From positions 1 to 35,858 of the forward strand of contig DXEQ01000289.1 in NCBI GenBank assembly GCA_019114885.1: a stretch of 35,858 nt of DNA, in the 5' to 3' direction. The notes under the pieces are model-generated. The model saw only the letters and a program-made list of their open reading frames with translations. It ran no database searches and had not been told where the DNA came from. Source of the DNA: Candidatus Anaerobutyricum stercoripullorum (lineage in GTDB: Bacteria; Bacillota; Clostridia; Lachnospirales; Lachnospiraceae). Positions 1 through 10,702 of this stretch are shown piece after piece. The translations under genes were made by a program, and so were the position numbers. Each line of letters opens with the position of its first letter. The stretch's first letter is position 1.

Positions 1-75
1 TGCTCTTCCTCCTGCTGAATAAATATAAATATTTTATAAAATCGTCTCAATATATCAATACTCTTCATTTTAGAT

Positions 76-105
76 AGTATACCATAAAGACATTTGCCCT
101 GTCAT
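76..105 (-). promoter_or_regulatory. Putative sigma-A promoter for a gene starting at or just beyond the left edge
   Basis: Minus strand reads ATGACA-N18-TATACT with TG extension; an AGGAGG SD sits at about 8-13 on the minus strand, with the start codon outside the window. Confidence 0.4.
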
Positions 106-181
106 TGGAATTGTACCTTTCTGTCCGGACAAATTCCATTTTCTCATATAGGGAAATGTGCTGGAGCTGGTAAAAAATATA

Positions 182-210
182 TTGAAATGATTTTTTGCAT
201 ATGCTATGAT
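182..210 (+). promoter_or_regulatory. Putative sigma-A promoter with no downstream CDS
   Basis: TTGAAA (182-187), 17-bp spacer, TGcTATGAT (-10 at 205-210). Confidence 0.55.
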
Positions 211-216
211 GCCGAT

Positions 217-293
217 AGGCAAAGTGAAGTGAGTAGTCCATGGAACTTGACTACCAAAACGAAAACCCCAGTGCTGCAACACTGGGGCTTTTC
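217..293 (+). ncRNA. Candidate ~75-nt small RNA
   Basis: Lies between the promoter above and a terminator-like hairpin; has internal hairpin GTAGTC/GACTAC (233-254). No family recognised. Confidence 0.3.
256..293. terminator. Probable bidirectional intrinsic terminator
   Basis: Stem CCCCAGTG/CACTGGGG (266-287) flanked by A-rich (left) and T-rich (right) tracts, just downstream of the VOC gene. Confidence 0.7.
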
Positions 294-309
294 TATGCCC
301 CAGAGAACT

Positions 310-675
310 CTAACGCTGCGGCGTCCCCACTTCGATCAGATTGCCGTCCGGGTCATAAAAGCGGAGCACTTTCTGGCCCCAGCTATGGGTCATGAGACGG
401 TTGACATATTGAATGGATGGATATAGTTTTTCCAGTTTTGCCGCGAATGCTTCTATGTCATTTTCTTCAAAGTACAGCTCACAGGAGTTGCTGTTCGGGA
501 TGATTTCTCTTCCCAGAAATTTCGTCCAGATTTTTTCGTCCTGCAGCACCAGCCCTTCGGTCAGCATCACATTTCCGTCGTTGTCGAGTATCACGTCAAG
601 ACCGAACAGGTCATGATAAAATCGCTTTGCTCTTTCCATGTCTTTTACTACGATTAAAATATTTTTTAATTTCAT
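310..675 (-). CDS. VOC / glyoxalase-bleomycin resistance family protein
   Basis: Contains IVVKDMERAKRFYHDLFG and SWGQKVLRFYDPDGNLIEV motifs; start set at MKLKN after an AGGAGGA SD. Confidence 0.88.
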   Translation of the reverse strand: MKLKNILIVVKDMERAKRFYHDLFGLDVILDNDGNVMLTEGLVLQDEKIWTKFLGREIIPNSNSCELYFEENDIEAFAAKLEKLYPSIQYVNRLMTHSWGQKVLRFYDPDGNLIEVGTPQR

Positions 676-769
676 CGCTGTCCTCCTCTGTAAATGTACA
701 TTCATCAATTTGCCGGTCTACCTTTTTTGCAGATGGTATTGCCCAGGATGATCAGGCGATGCGCCCGCC

Positions 770-3700
770 TTACTCCACACTCTTCAGCGATTCCACCATA
801 TCAATCTTCTTCAGCTTAAAGTACATCATTCCGTTGATGATCAGCGAAAACAGCACGGTAAACACCAGACTGTACAGGTAACTGGTGCCGTGGATGATAC
901 GGCCGAACATGGCGGAGTCGACTTCCACCGTCTGGATGATGAACAGGTGGAGCACCTTGCCCAGGCCGCAGCCCAGGGCTGCGCCGATGAAGGTGAGAAG
1001 GATGTTCTCCCGGTAAACGTATTCGGCCACTTCCAGGTCGTAAAAGCCCAGCACTTTGAGGGTGGCAAGCTCCCGTTTCCGCTCGGCGATGTTGACGGTG
1101 TTCAGGTTGTAGAGCACCACGAAGGCCAGCATTCCGGCGGAGATGATAAGAACGATGATGACCAGGTTGAGGCTTCGCAGCATGTCGTCCAGCTGCTGTT
1201 CGAGATCGCTGGTATAGCTTACGTTCAACACGCTGTCTTCCTGCAGAAGCGTTTTGCCCACGTCCTCCAGCCGCTGCTCCGGCGAATCCTGTCCCGGTGC
1301 GGCTGTCTCTTTTTCTTCGGAAGCGGCTTCCTCTGTAACGGCTCCGGCGGCATCGGACAGCATCTGTACCACTGACTGTGTGTCGGTTCCGTCGTCTTCC
1401 ATGATAAACAGAATACTGTTATATTCCGGCGCTTCTTTGTACACGGTCTCATAGTACGCCGGCGTCATGTACATGTAGTGGCCGAGGTAATTCTCGCAGA
1501 TATGATCGATGCGTACCGGCTTGTTGCCTTCGTCCTCATCTTTGATGTAGACCGTATCTCCGGCTTCCACGTCCAGCAGTTTGGCTGTTTTTTCGCTTAA
1601 GATCACGCCGTTATCGGAGAGCGTATAGGTTTCTTTCGTCTTTCTGTCGTGGAAGTCCACGAAACGTGCCGTCTCTTCCTCGGAAGCCGGGAAGACACAT
1701 TCGTAAGTCTCCCTCTCGGTTCCCTCGTCGTTGATCAGGGTGAGGTTCTGCATTTCCACATCCATGTACCGCTCCACGCCATTTTCCGTGCTGAGAATCT
1801 GATGCAGGCGGTCCCTCTCTTCTTCGGTGACGTCCTCTTCCAGATAGACGCTGGCGTCATAGAACTGGATCTCGTCGTACTGCAGGGTGGCAATCTCATA
1901 GCAGGAGTCTTTCAGGCCGAAGCCCACCAGCATGAGGGCCATGCAGCCGCCGATACCAAATATGGTCATAAAGAAACGTTTTTTATACCGCATCAGATTG
2001 CGGATGGTTGATTTCCAGGTAAAATTCAGATGGTTCCACACGATGCGGACGCGCTCCAGAAATACCCGGCGGCCGTTTTTCGGCGCAGGCGGACGCATGA
2101 GCACCGATGGCTGCGCGCCCAGTTCTCTCCAGCAGGAGAAGAAGGTGGCAAACATGGTACAGAAAATGGCGATTCCCGACGCCATGAATCCGTACCCCCA
2201 GTCGTACGGCACGAGAATCTGCGGCAGGTTCGGATACAGGATACCATAGGCATAAATAATGATATACGGAAAGACCTTTTCTCCAAAAAGGACGCCGAGG
2301 ATACTGCCGCCAAGAGTGGCCAGCAAAGCATACCCCAGATATTTAAACGCGATATCCAGCTGTCCATATCCCAGCGCCTTCATGGTGCCGATGGAAGTGC
2401 GCTGTTCTTCCACCATACGGGTCATGCTGGTCAGACTGATCAGCGCCGCCACCAGGAAGAAAAGCACCGGGAACACCCGGCCAATGGCTCCAAGCCGTTC
2501 CGCATTCTCGCCGAAGCTGCTGTTTTCTATGAGGGCCGTTCTGTCATAAACGTACCATTTTGAATCTTCCAGATCCGCCAGCTCCTGCCTGGCATCAGCC
2601 AGTTCTTTCTCGCCGTCGGCGATCTCTTCCTCGGCTTCCCGTTTTCCCTCCTTATAATCTTCCTTCGCGTCAGCCAGCTTTTTCTCGTTATCCTCAATCT
2701 CTTTTTCACCGTCAGCCAGTTCCTGCTCGCTCTCGGCGATCTCCACCCAGGCGTCATCAATCTGCTTCTGACCATCCGTGATCTGTTTTTTCGCAGCTTC
2801 CAGCTTTTTCTCCTGCGCGTTCAGCGTCTTTTCGGAAGAAGCCAGTTCCTTCTCGCCGTCTCTCAGTTCTTTTTCCGCCTTATCAAGCTTCTTCTTTGCC
2901 TGCGTATACCCGCTCTTTTCCGCAGTGATCTTCTGATTCATGCCGGCCTCGGCAGTTTTTAACTGGGTAAGCTGCTTCTGCAGACCGGCCGCCGCCCCTG
3001 CGTCCCCTCCGGTCTGTCCGGCACCAAAGCCTGTCTGCTGCCCCGCGGCGCCCTGTATGGCTTTTTCCAGCTGCGCGATCTGTTTTTGCAGCGTCCGGCG
3101 AGTCTGCTCATCCTCGCTGATCTGGTCTTCCAGCGTTTTTAACTGCGCCTTGCCGCTTTCTATCTGTTTTTCCGCCTCCGGTTTCTTCTTTTCGAACTTC
3201 TTCTTTCCCTTTTCGTATTTCTTCCAGCCTTTTTTCAGCTGTTTTTTCCCGTCTTTATATTCTTTCAGGGATTTGTCCAGCTTCTTTTGCTGAGAGCGAA
3301 GCGTATCCTTGGCCTCAGCGATCTGCTCTTTGCCGTCCTCCAGCTCTTTTTTCGCGTCTTTCAGTTGCTTCCGTCCGTCTTTGATCTTATCCTTTGCCTT
3401 TTTTAACTTTCGCTCAGCCTTCCGTTTCCCCTTTTCCAGATTCTTCTCCGCATCTGCGATCTCTTCTTCCGCCTCTTCCACGATCTCCGCCTTCCGGATC
3501 ACTCCCCGCTCATCGGCGCAGTCTTCCACCCGGTTCTGCACTTTTTCGATCACGTCATCGTAGGCGTCGGTAAAGGCCGTCAGTTCCTTGGCCCCGTCCA
3601 CCCTGAGGTATACCTCCGTAAATGTATCAAGCGCAAACGTCTCTGGCGGCACCACCATAAAGGCGTAGATATTGCCCGTCCCGATGGTCGCGCTGCCCCG

Positions 3701-4237
3701 GCCGAAGGACACATAGGCGGCAGTATTGCCGCGCCCTGTCACAGTAAATGTATCGGTCTTTAACGTATCCGAAACCGGATCCTCCGTCCCGGAGGAAAGC
3801 ACGATCTCATCACCAATCTGATAATCCGAAGCATCGTCCACCAGGCACTCTCCGACCTTCTCCGGCATTCTTCCTTCCGAGACCACGATCCGATTCATCT
3901 TCTCCTGCTGTCCCATCACGTGGAGCACCCGCTGATCGTCCGACGTGTTGTGGAGGAAATCCGCGCTGTAAGAACCCTCCGCCAGCTCCACGCCATCCAG
4001 ATCCTGAAAGGCCGCCACGTCATCTTCCGTGACGCCGTATGTACTGAGAGCCTTGATATCCATCAGGTTCTCGCTGTCAAACCAGGCGTCTCCGGTGATG
4101 CGCATGTCCGGCTCCGAGGCCCGGATGCCGGAAAAGAAGGCGACTCCCAGCGCCACGATAAACAAAATGGACAGAAAACGCCCCGGGCTCTTCCGAATCT
4201 CCATATAAAAATCTTTCCACATGGCTTTCTTTTTCAT
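770..4237 (-). CDS. FtsX-like ABC transporter permease with long coiled-coil insertion
   Basis: Two FtsX-type TM blocks (EEQRTSIGTMKALGY, ERKRELATLKVLGF) and a Lys/Glu-rich coiled region. Confidence 0.9.
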   Translation of the reverse strand: MKKKAMWKDFYMEIRKSPGRFLSILFIVALGVAFFSGIRASEPDMRITGDAWFDSENLMDIKALSTYGVTEDDVAAFQDLDGVELAEGSYSADFLHNTSDDQRVLHVMGQQEKMNRIVVSEGRMPEKVGECLVDDASDYQIGDEIVLSSGTEDPVSDTLKTDTFTVTGRGNTAAYVSFGRGSATIGTGNIYAFMVVPPETFALDTFTEVYLRVDGAKELTAFTDAYDDVIEKVQNRVEDCADERGVIRKAEIVEEAEEEIADAEKNLEKGKRKAERKLKKAKDKIKDGRKQLKDAKKELEDGKEQIAEAKDTLRSQQKKLDKSLKEYKDGKKQLKKGWKKYEKGKKKFEKKKPEAEKQIESGKAQLKTLEDQISEDEQTRRTLQKQIAQLEKAIQGAAGQQTGFGAGQTGGDAGAAAGLQKQLTQLKTAEAGMNQKITAEKSGYTQAKKKLDKAEKELRDGEKELASSEKTLNAQEKKLEAAKKQITDGQKQIDDAWVEIAESEQELADGEKEIEDNEKKLADAKEDYKEGKREAEEEIADGEKELADARQELADLEDSKWYVYDRTALIENSSFGENAERLGAIGRVFPVLFFLVAALISLTSMTRMVEEQRTSIGTMKALGYGQLDIAFKYLGYALLATLGGSILGVLFGEKVFPYIIIYAYGILYPNLPQILVPYDWGYGFMASGIAIFCTMFATFFSCWRELGAQPSVLMRPPAPKNGRRVFLERVRIVWNHLNFTWKSTIRNLMRYKKRFFMTIFGIGGCMALMLVGFGLKDSCYEIATLQYDEIQFYDASVYLEEDVTEEERDRLHQILSTENGVERYMDVEMQNLTLINDEGTERETYECVFPASEEETARFVDFHDRKTKETYTLSDNGVILSEKTAKLLDVEAGDTVYIKDEDEGNKPVRIDHICENYLGHYMYMTPAYYETVYKEAPEYNSILFIMEDDGTDTQSVVQMLSDAAGAVTEEAASEEKETAAPGQDSPEQRLEDVGKTLLQEDSVLNVSYTSDLEQQLDDMLRSLNLVIIVLIISAGMLAFVVLYNLNTVNIAERKRELATLKVLGFYDLEVAEYVYRENILLTFIGAALGCGLGKVLHLFIIQTVEVDSAMFGRIIHGTSYLYSLVFTVLFSLIINGMMYFKLKKIDMVESLKSVE

Positions 4238-4327
4238 GAGCTGTCCGCACCTCCCTGTCCCATATACCTTTTCATGCCGCCCGCTGCCTGAGCGTACAGG
4301 TTCCTTCCTGTCCGCGGGTCTTTCCTC

Positions 4328-5032
4328 TTACCACTCGATCGTCTCCACAGAGACCGGATGCGCGTTGACGCTCATATCCGATACTCTTCCGTTCTTTATC
4401 TTTATGACCCGGTCCGCCATGGGCGCGATGGCCGAGTTGTGAGTGATGAGCACCACGGTCATCCCCTTCTGCCGACAGGTATCCTGCAACAGCTTCAGGA
4501 TGGCCTTGCCCGTGTTATAATCAAGAGCTCCTGTGGGCTCGTCGCAGAGCAGAAGCTTCGGATTCTTCGCCAGCGCTCTGGCGATGGACACCCGCTGCTG
4601 CTCCCCGCCGGAGAGCTGCGCCGGAAAGTTATCCATCCGGTCGCCAAGTCCCACCTCCCGCATGACTTCCCGGGCATCCATGGGATTCCGACAGATCTGC
4701 AGGGCCAGCTCCACATTTTCCAGAGCGGTCAGATTGGGAATCAGGTTATAGAACTGAAACACGAATCCGATGTCGTCCCGGCGGTAAGCGGTAAGCTTCT
4801 TGCGGGAATATCCGGCGATATCCTGCCCGTCCACCAGCACCTCTCCCTCCGTGGCCGTGTCCATGCCGCCTAAGATGTTGAGCACCGTCGTCTTGCCCGC
4901 GCCGCTGGGACCGACGATGACGGCGAACTCCCCCTTCTCGATCTCAAAGTCAATGCCGGCGGCAGCCTCGATGTCCACCTCTCCCATATGATATATTTTC
5001 TTTACATTTTTTAATTCAACAAATCCGCTCAT
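4328..5032 (-). CDS. ABC transporter ATP-binding protein (LolD/MacB-like)
   Basis: Walker A GPSGAGKT, signature LSGGEQQR, Walker B LLLCDEPT. Confidence 0.95.
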   Translation of the reverse strand: MSGFVELKNVKKIYHMGEVDIEAAAGIDFEIEKGEFAVIVGPSGAGKTTVLNILGGMDTATEGEVLVDGQDIAGYSRKKLTAYRRDDIGFVFQFYNLIPNLTALENVELALQICRNPMDAREVMREVGLGDRMDNFPAQLSGGEQQRVSIARALAKNPKLLLCDEPTGALDYNTGKAILKLLQDTCRQKGMTVVLITHNSAIAPMADRVIKIKNGRVSDMSVNAHPVSVETIEW

Positions 5033-5199
5033 AACTCCTCCCGCGCCGGTCTGCGGCCCGCCGCTGTCTGCCTTTTATCATCACTTCATCGGCAGTATTG
5101 CCAACCACCATTTTTATTTAATCAGATTATACCACAATCTGCACAAAATAAATGTTAAAAAACATTGTTGCCATAATTTTTCCTGTGCGCTGCGGCAGG

Positions 5200-5231
5200 A
5201 AAAAACGACGCCCTGCTTTCACAGGGCGCCG
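5200..5231 (-). terminator. Intrinsic terminator after glgC-glgD-spoVG
   Basis: Stem CGACGCCCTG/CAGGGCGCCG followed on the minus strand by T6. Confidence 0.7.
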
Positions 5232-5292
5232 CCTCTTTCTTATATTATCATATATACATTTTCTCTCCGCTTTTGTCCGTGTATGACGATGG

Positions 5293-5604
5293 TCAGATGA
5301 CCGCCTCCATGGCCGGTTCTGCGACCACGCCATTCTCGTCTTCCACCTCTTCCATGAGCTCTTCGTAACGGGAAAGAACCATGGACTGTACGGTGTCGCG
5401 GGTCTCGGAATTGATCGGATGGGCGATATCACGGTATTCACCGTCGGCAGCCTTGCGGCTCGGCATGGCGATGAACAGACCCTTCTCTCCCTCGATGATC
5501 TTGATGTCATGCACCACAAATGCGTTGTCAAACGTGATGGATACGACCGCTTTCATTTTGCCCTCTTTCGCGATTCTGCGAATGCGTATATCTGTAATCT
5601 GCAT
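5293..5604 (-). CDS. spoVG: Septation/sporulation regulator SpoVG
   Basis: MQITDIRIR...[18 protein letters not shown]...FIAMPS...[13 protein letters not shown]; AGGAGG SD. Confidence 0.95.
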   Translation of the reverse strand: MQITDIRIRRIAKEGKMKAVVSITFDNAFVVHDIKIIEGEKGLFIAMPSRKAADGEYRDIAHPINSETRDTVQSMVLSRYEELMEEVEDENGVVAEPAMEAVI

Positions 5605-5670
5605 GTATAGTAATCCTCCTGAAGAATAATATATAATTGCCCCAAACCCGCCGCGGCGGGTACCGCAGTG

Positions 5671-6795
5671 CTACAGAATGTAACGGACATTCTTCTCCAC
5701 TACGATCTTGATCTCTCCGTCGGTGCCCACATAGTTGGTGCCCGGACGCAGGGTGTCGCGACTCTCCACGATACAGTTCTCAATGTAAGAATCGTCGCCG
5801 ATGTACACATCATTTAAGATGATGGAATTCTTGATGGTACAGTTGTTGCCGATGTAAACGTCCTTGAAGAGGACGGAATTCTCCACCTTGCCGTTGATGA
5901 TACAGCCGGAGGAAATGATACTGTTTCGGATATCGGAACCTGCGTTGTATTTTGCCGGCGGCAGGTCATCCACCTTGGAGTATACATCCGGATACTCTTT
6001 GAAGAAGTAGTCTCTCACGTCCTTCTTCAGGAAATCCATGTTGGTCCTGTAGTAGGAATCCACGGTGGCGATATTGCGCCAGTAAGTATCCAGCTTGTAA
6101 CCGTAGATCTTACGCACATTTTTATAACGGACAAGGACGTCCTTTACAAAATCATGCCGATCTTCCTTGGCGCAGCGCTCCAGAATCTCAATCAGATGCC
6201 GTCTTCTGATGATGTACACGCCGATGGAAACATTGTTGGTCTCCGCCACGAGAGGCTTCTCCTCAAAGTCCACGATCCGCTCGTTCTCATCCAGCTTCAG
6301 GATACCGAACCGGGTCAGATCATCGTCAGCGTCGGACATCTTGGTATATACCACGGTGATGTCCGCGTTCTTCTCGATATGTCTGTCCAGAACCTTGCCG
6401 TAATCGAGCTTGTACACACCATCGCCGGCCGCGATGATCACGTATGGTTCATGGCTCTTTTTCAGAAAATCAATGTTCTGGTAGAGCGCGTCCGCCGTGC
6501 CCTGATACCAGAAGTTATTATCCTTGGTGACTGTCGGTGTGAAAACGTACAGTCCTCCCTGCTTTCTTCCGAAATCCCACCACTTGCTGGAGCTTAAGTG
6601 CTCGTTTAAGGAACGGGCGTTAAACTGTGGGAATACCGCTACTTTATTGACTCTGGAATTGGTCATGTTGCTCAGTGCAAAATCAATGGCCCGGTAGCTG
6701 CCCGCGATCGGAAGCGCCGCGATGGCCCGCTTGTCGGATAATTTGCCAATTCTTTTATTGTTACCGCCTGCTAAAATAATACCTATCGCCTTCAT
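5671..6795 (-). CDS. glgD: Glucose-1-phosphate adenylyltransferase subunit GlgD
   Basis: GlgC paralog with degenerate GGNNKR motif directly downstream of glgC; start at MKAIGII after an AGGTGA SD. Confidence 0.92.
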   Translation of the reverse strand: MKAIGIILAGGNNKRIGKLSDKRAIAALPIAGSYRAIDFALSNMTNSRVNKVAVFPQFNARSLNEHLSSSKWWDFGRKQGGLYVFTPTVTKDNNFWYQGTADALYQNIDFLKKSHEPYVIIAAGDGVYKLDYGKVLDRHIEKNADITVVYTKMSDADDDLTRFGILKLDENERIVDFEEKPLVAETNNVSIGVYIIRRRHLIEILERCAKEDRHDFVKDVLVRYKNVRKIYGYKLDTYWRNIATVDSYYRTNMDFLKKDVRDYFFKEYPDVYSKVDDLPPAKYNAGSDIRNSIISSGCIINGKVENSVLFKDVYIGNNCTIKNSIILNDVYIGDDSYIENCIVESRDTLRPGTNYVGTDGEIKIVVEKNVRYIL

Positions 6796-6810
6796 CTGTG
6801 TCACCTGCCC

Positions 6811-8073
6811 TTACTGTCTGAAAATGGATTCACCGCTTGCAAGAATACCGTTCGGGTAATCCTCCGGTGTGGTCTTGCCCACGATGGCAACATTCTTGCC
6901 GATCTTTACATTTGCCGGAACGACGGAGCCTTCTCCGATGGTCACGAGACCGTCGCAGTAAATATTCGGCTTAAACTTGTTCGGTGCCTCCTCAAAGGCT
7001 CCCAGTTCCGTGTTCTCGCCGATCTCCGAATTCTCCGCGATGATGGACTTCTCGATTCTTGCGCCGGCCTTCACTACCGTGCCGTTCATGATGATGGAGT
7101 TGGTGATAAAGGCTCCCTCCTCCACAGTGACGCCGGAACCGATGACAGAATTATAAATCTCACCGTATATTTCCGTTCCCTCGCCGACGATACATCCGCT
7201 CACCTTCGCATTCTCCGAGAAATACTGCGGCGGAAGCACCGTATTCTTCGTGTAAATCCTCCAGAACTCTTCGTACAGATTAAACTCCGGTATGATATCG
7301 ATCAGTTCCATGTTGGCTTCCCAGTAAGCGGAAAGCGTTCCCACGTCCTTCCAGTATCCCTGGTAATTATAAGCCATGATCTTATCGCCTCTCTTATGAC
7401 AATAAGGGATGACATGCATACCAAAGTCACAGCCGGACTGGTCTTTCAGTGTCTCCAGCGCGTCCTTTAACACATCCCAGTTAAAGATGTAGATACCCAT
7501 GGACGCCTTGTTGCTCCTCGGCTCCTTCGGCTTCTCCTCAAACTCTGTGATCTGATTGTTCTCATCGGTGATGACAAGACCGAAACGGCTGGCATCCTCC
7601 CACGGAACTTCATAGGTGGCCAGAGTGATCGCTGCATCGTTCTTCTTGTGGAACTCCAGCATAAGTTCATAGTCCATCTTGTAAATGTGGTCTCCGCCCA
7701 GGATAATCACATAATCCGGATGGTAATACTCCATGAACTCCATGTTCTGATATATGGCATTGGCCGTTCCTGTATACCAGTCCGTATTCTCACTTTTCTC
7801 GTAAGGCGGCAGGATGGTCACGCCTCCGATATTGCGGTCCAGATCCCACGGAATACCGATTCCGATGTGCTGATTCAGTCTGAGCGGCTGATACTGCGTC
7901 AGAACGCCCACCGTGTCAATACCGGAATTGATACAGTTACTCAGAGGAAAGTCGATGATCTTATACTTCCCGCCGAACGCAACCGCCGGTTTTGCAAGCT
8001 TGGATGTTAAAACGCCGAGACGGCTGCCCTGTCCGCCAGCCAGTAACATAGCTATCATTTCTTTTTTTATCAT
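6811..8073 (-). CDS. glgC: Glucose-1-phosphate adenylyltransferase GlgC
   Basis: [40 protein letters not shown] motifs. Confidence 0.96.
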   Translation of the reverse strand: MIKKEMIAMLLAGGQGSRLGVLTSKLAKPAVAFGGKYKIIDFPLSNCINSGIDTVGVLTQYQPLRLNQHIGIGIPWDLDRNIGGVTILPPYEKSENTDWYTGTANAIYQNMEFMEYYHPDYVIILGGDHIYKMDYELMLEFHKKNDAAITLATYEVPWEDASRFGLVITDENNQITEFEEKPKEPRSNKASMGIYIFNWDVLKDALETLKDQSGCDFGMHVIPYCHKRGDKIMAYNYQGYWKDVGTLSAYWEANMELIDIIPEFNLYEEFWRIYTKNTVLPPQYFSENAKVSGCIVGEGTEIYGEIYNSVIGSGVTVEEGAFITNSIIMNGTVVKAGARIEKSIIAENSEIGENTELGAFEEAPNKFKPNIYCDGLVTIGEGSVVPANVKIGKNVAIVGKTTPEDYPNGILASGESIFRQ

Positions 8074-8104
8074 AAAGAATCACCCCTTTGTCACATATAT
8101 GCCT

Positions 8105-8133
8105 ATTATATCACCCAACCTTCTAAATTAAAA
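8105..8133 (-). promoter_or_regulatory. Putative extended -10 promoter of glgC
   Basis: TGaTATAAT on the minus strand at 8105-8113; weak -35. Confidence 0.45.
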
Positions 8134-8303
8134 GTATTTTAGCACAAAAAATTAATCATTTCCTAATCTTTTTTATGTATTTTGTACCATATTTACATTT
8201 TAATTTCCATTTTTATATACATACTGCCTTTATAGGATAACATTTTCCGGCATTTTTCAGCATTGTTTCGTCTTTCTGAACAAAAGTCACTTTTGAGAAA
8301 CAC

Positions 8304-8332
8304 TTGAATCCCCGTTTTTCCTGCGGTATACT
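8304..8332 (+). promoter_or_regulatory. Putative sigma-A promoter of murC
   Basis: TTGAAT-N17-TATACT. Confidence 0.6.
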
Positions 8333-8407
8333 AACGGAGACATATAGAAGACCACCATGCGCGTGCGTATCCGCGCGCAGTATTTTATAAGAACAGAGGT
8401 AGAGAAA

Positions 8408-9799
8408 ATGTACAAGATAGACTTTCAGACACCAATACACATCCACTTTATCGGCATCGGCGGCATCAGCATGAGCGGCCTTGCCGAAGTGCTCATCGAC
8501 CGGCATTTTCCGGTGTCCGGCTCCGATATGAAGGCTTCCGACATCACGGCGCATCTTGAGGGCATCGGCGCCCGCGTCGCCATCGGACAGCGGGCGGAAA
8601 ATATCACCGACGATATCGACCTGGTCGTGTACACGGCGGCCATCCATGAAGATAACGAAGAGTTCGCCGCCGCGAAGGCAAAGGGTCTCCCGATGATGAC
8701 AAGGGCCGCCCTCCTCGGTCAGATTATGGATAACTATGCCCGCTCCATCGCCGTGGCAGGTACCCACGGCAAGACGACCACCACTTCCATGATGGCGGAC
8801 ATCCTCCTGCAGGGAAAGATGGACCCTACCATCAGTGTGGGCGGCATGCTGGACCAGATTGGCGGCAATATCCGTGTGGGCCAGTCCGACGTCTTCCTGA
8901 CGGAAGCCTGCGAATACACCAACAGCTTTCTGGAGTTCCATCCGCTCTATTCCATCATATTAAATGTGGAAGAAGACCACATGGACTTTTTCAAAGATAT
9001 CGACGACATCAAACATTCTTTCCATGTCTTTGCCTCCCAGACCGCGAAGAACGGGCTGATCATCATCAACGGCGACATGGAACACACAGCGGACATCCTC
9101 TCCGGTCTTTCCCAGAAGGCCGTCACCTTCGGCCTCGACGCCAAAAATGATTACACCGCCAGAGAGATCTCCTATGACCAGGAGGGCAACGGCTCCTACA
9201 CCCTCGTCATCCGCGGAGAGGAGATCTGCCGGGTATCCCTCAGGGTAAAGGGCGTCCACAATGTGATGAACTCCCTGGCTACCATCGCCTGCGCCCGGGA
9301 TATGGGACTGTCCATGGAGCAGATTCTTGCCGGACTCCTGACCTTCACCGGAACACACCGGCGGTTTGAATACAAGGGCCGCATCGGCGACGTCATCGTC
9401 ATCGACGACTACGCCCACCATCCGACCGAGATCCAGGCAACATTAAATGCGGCCAGAGAATACCCGCATGATAAGCTGTGGGTTGTCTTCCAGCCGCATA
9501 CCTATACAAGAACGAAAGCGTTTCTGCCGCAGTTCGCCGAGGTGCTCTCCCATGCGGATCACGTGATCCTGGCTGACATCTTCGCCGCCAGAGAGCCGGA
9601 CACCGGCATGGTCTCTTCCATGGATATCGTGAACCTGATGAAGGACACCGGCTGCGACGTCCACTACTTCCCGACCTTTAAAGAGATCGAAGACTATCTC
9701 CTCGCCCACATACAGGGCCGTGACCTGCTGATTACCATGGGCGCCGGGGACGTGGTAAAGGTCGGCGAGGAACTGCTGGCAAAAACCGCGGAAAAATAG
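8408..9799 (+). CDS. murC: UDP-N-acetylmuramate--L-alanine ligase
   Basis: HFIGIGGISMSGLA, GTHGKTTTT, DDYAHHPTEI, FQPHTYTRT; start moved to MYKIDF after a GAGGT SD. Confidence 0.96.
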   Translation: MYKIDFQTPIHIHFIGIGGISMSGLAEVLIDRHFPVSGSDMKASDITAHLEGIGARVAIGQRAENITDDIDLVVYTAAIHEDNEEFAAAKAKGLPMMTRAALLGQIMDNYARSIAVAGTHGKTTTTSMMADILLQGKMDPTISVGGMLDQIGGNIRVGQSDVFLTEACEYTNSFLEFHPLYSIILNVEEDHMDFFKDIDDIKHSFHVFASQTAKNGLIIINGDMEHTADILSGLSQKAVTFGLDAKNDYTAREISYDQEGNGSYTLVIRGEEICRVSLRVKGVHNVMNSLATIACARDMGLSMEQILAGLLTFTGTHRRFEYKGRIGDVIVIDDYAHHPTEIQATLNAAREYPHDKLWVVFQPHTYTRTKAFLPQFAEVLSHADHVILADIFAAREPDTGMVSSMDIVNLMKDTGCDVHYFPTFKEIEDYLLAHIQGRDLLITMGAGDVVKVGEELLAKTAEK

Positions 9800-9877
9800 A
9801 TTCCGGAGATAACCTATAAACCTTGCCTGCGGCGTTACGGCAGAGGATATCGGCAGACTTTTGCAGAACGCCAGTCA

Positions 9878-10450
9878 TTATTTCCAGTGCCTCTCCCGCA
9901 CATTCGCAATGGCACAGGAAAGAATTGCCTCGGCGTCGTTTCCGATGATATCGAGGTGCTCCGCCTTCACGCACTCTGTCTGCGGGATTCCGTAGAAGGC
10001 GCCGCACAGTGCTTTTACATAATCATATCCAAAGTTCATCGTCCCGATGGGGCCGCCCGCCGTGGTAACGTAAGTAAGACGTTTCGCCCGGCACAGCCCC
10101 TTCGGGATTCCTTTTTCCGTATAATAAAATGTCACGCCCGTCACTGTCACCGCCTCCAGATAAGCCCGCACCATGGCCGGGAACATCAGGTCCCAGTACG
10201 GCGCGGCGATGACAATCTCATCGGCTCCGGCAAACTGTCTGGCATACCGGAAGATCGGCGCGTCAAAGTCACCGGCCCGGCTGCAGGCATCCCTCTCGGC
10301 AAGCCCCGCCTTGTCAAGGGGCCGGATGGCCTCCCGCTCCAGATTGACTTCCGTCACATTTCCTTCCATCTGTGCAAGCACTGCCTCCGCCAGCCGCCGC
10401 GTCCTCGACTCCGGCCGCACACAGGCGTTCACAAACAATATGTTCTTCAT
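9878..10450 (-). CDS. NAD(P)H-dependent oxidoreductase, flavodoxin-like (AzoR/AcpD family)
   Basis: ILFVNACVRPESRT, ADEIVIAAPYWDLMFP, YVTTAGG; start MKNILF after an AGGAGG SD. Confidence 0.85.
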   Translation of the reverse strand: MKNILFVNACVRPESRTRRLAEAVLAQMEGNVTEVNLEREAIRPLDKAGLAERDACSRAGDFDAPIFRYARQFAGADEIVIAAPYWDLMFPAMVRAYLEAVTVTGVTFYYTEKGIPKGLCRAKRLTYVTTAGGPIGTMNFGYDYVKALCGAFYGIPQTECVKAEHLDIIGNDAEAILSCAIANVRERHWK

Positions 10451-10702
10451 GAAAAGTACCCTCCTTCTTTTCGCAGACTGTCCGCATGACTGCCGTGCCT
10501 GTATGGCAGACGCCTGCCATCCGGCAGATACTCTGCCGGGCAGCGTCCCGGTATACACAGTGCAGACTGTCCTTTCTGATATGTATACGGTATCGCAAAA
10601 CATACCGACCGTCAATGCAGTTTTCCAAAATTAACCCTTTCTGCATCCTCCGTTTCCCTGAAGCAAACAAAATCGCATACCTGTGCAGAATCCATAAAAA
10701 AG

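Noticed and set aside
70-426. Short ORFs 70-282 (-) and 94-426 (+)
   Set aside because: No SD or motifs; they overlap promoters, a terminator and the VOC gene.
2560-3500. Repetitive Lys/Glu-rich region in the ABC permease
   Set aside because: Long coiled-coil inserts are a common feature of this FtsX-like permease type in Firmicutes.
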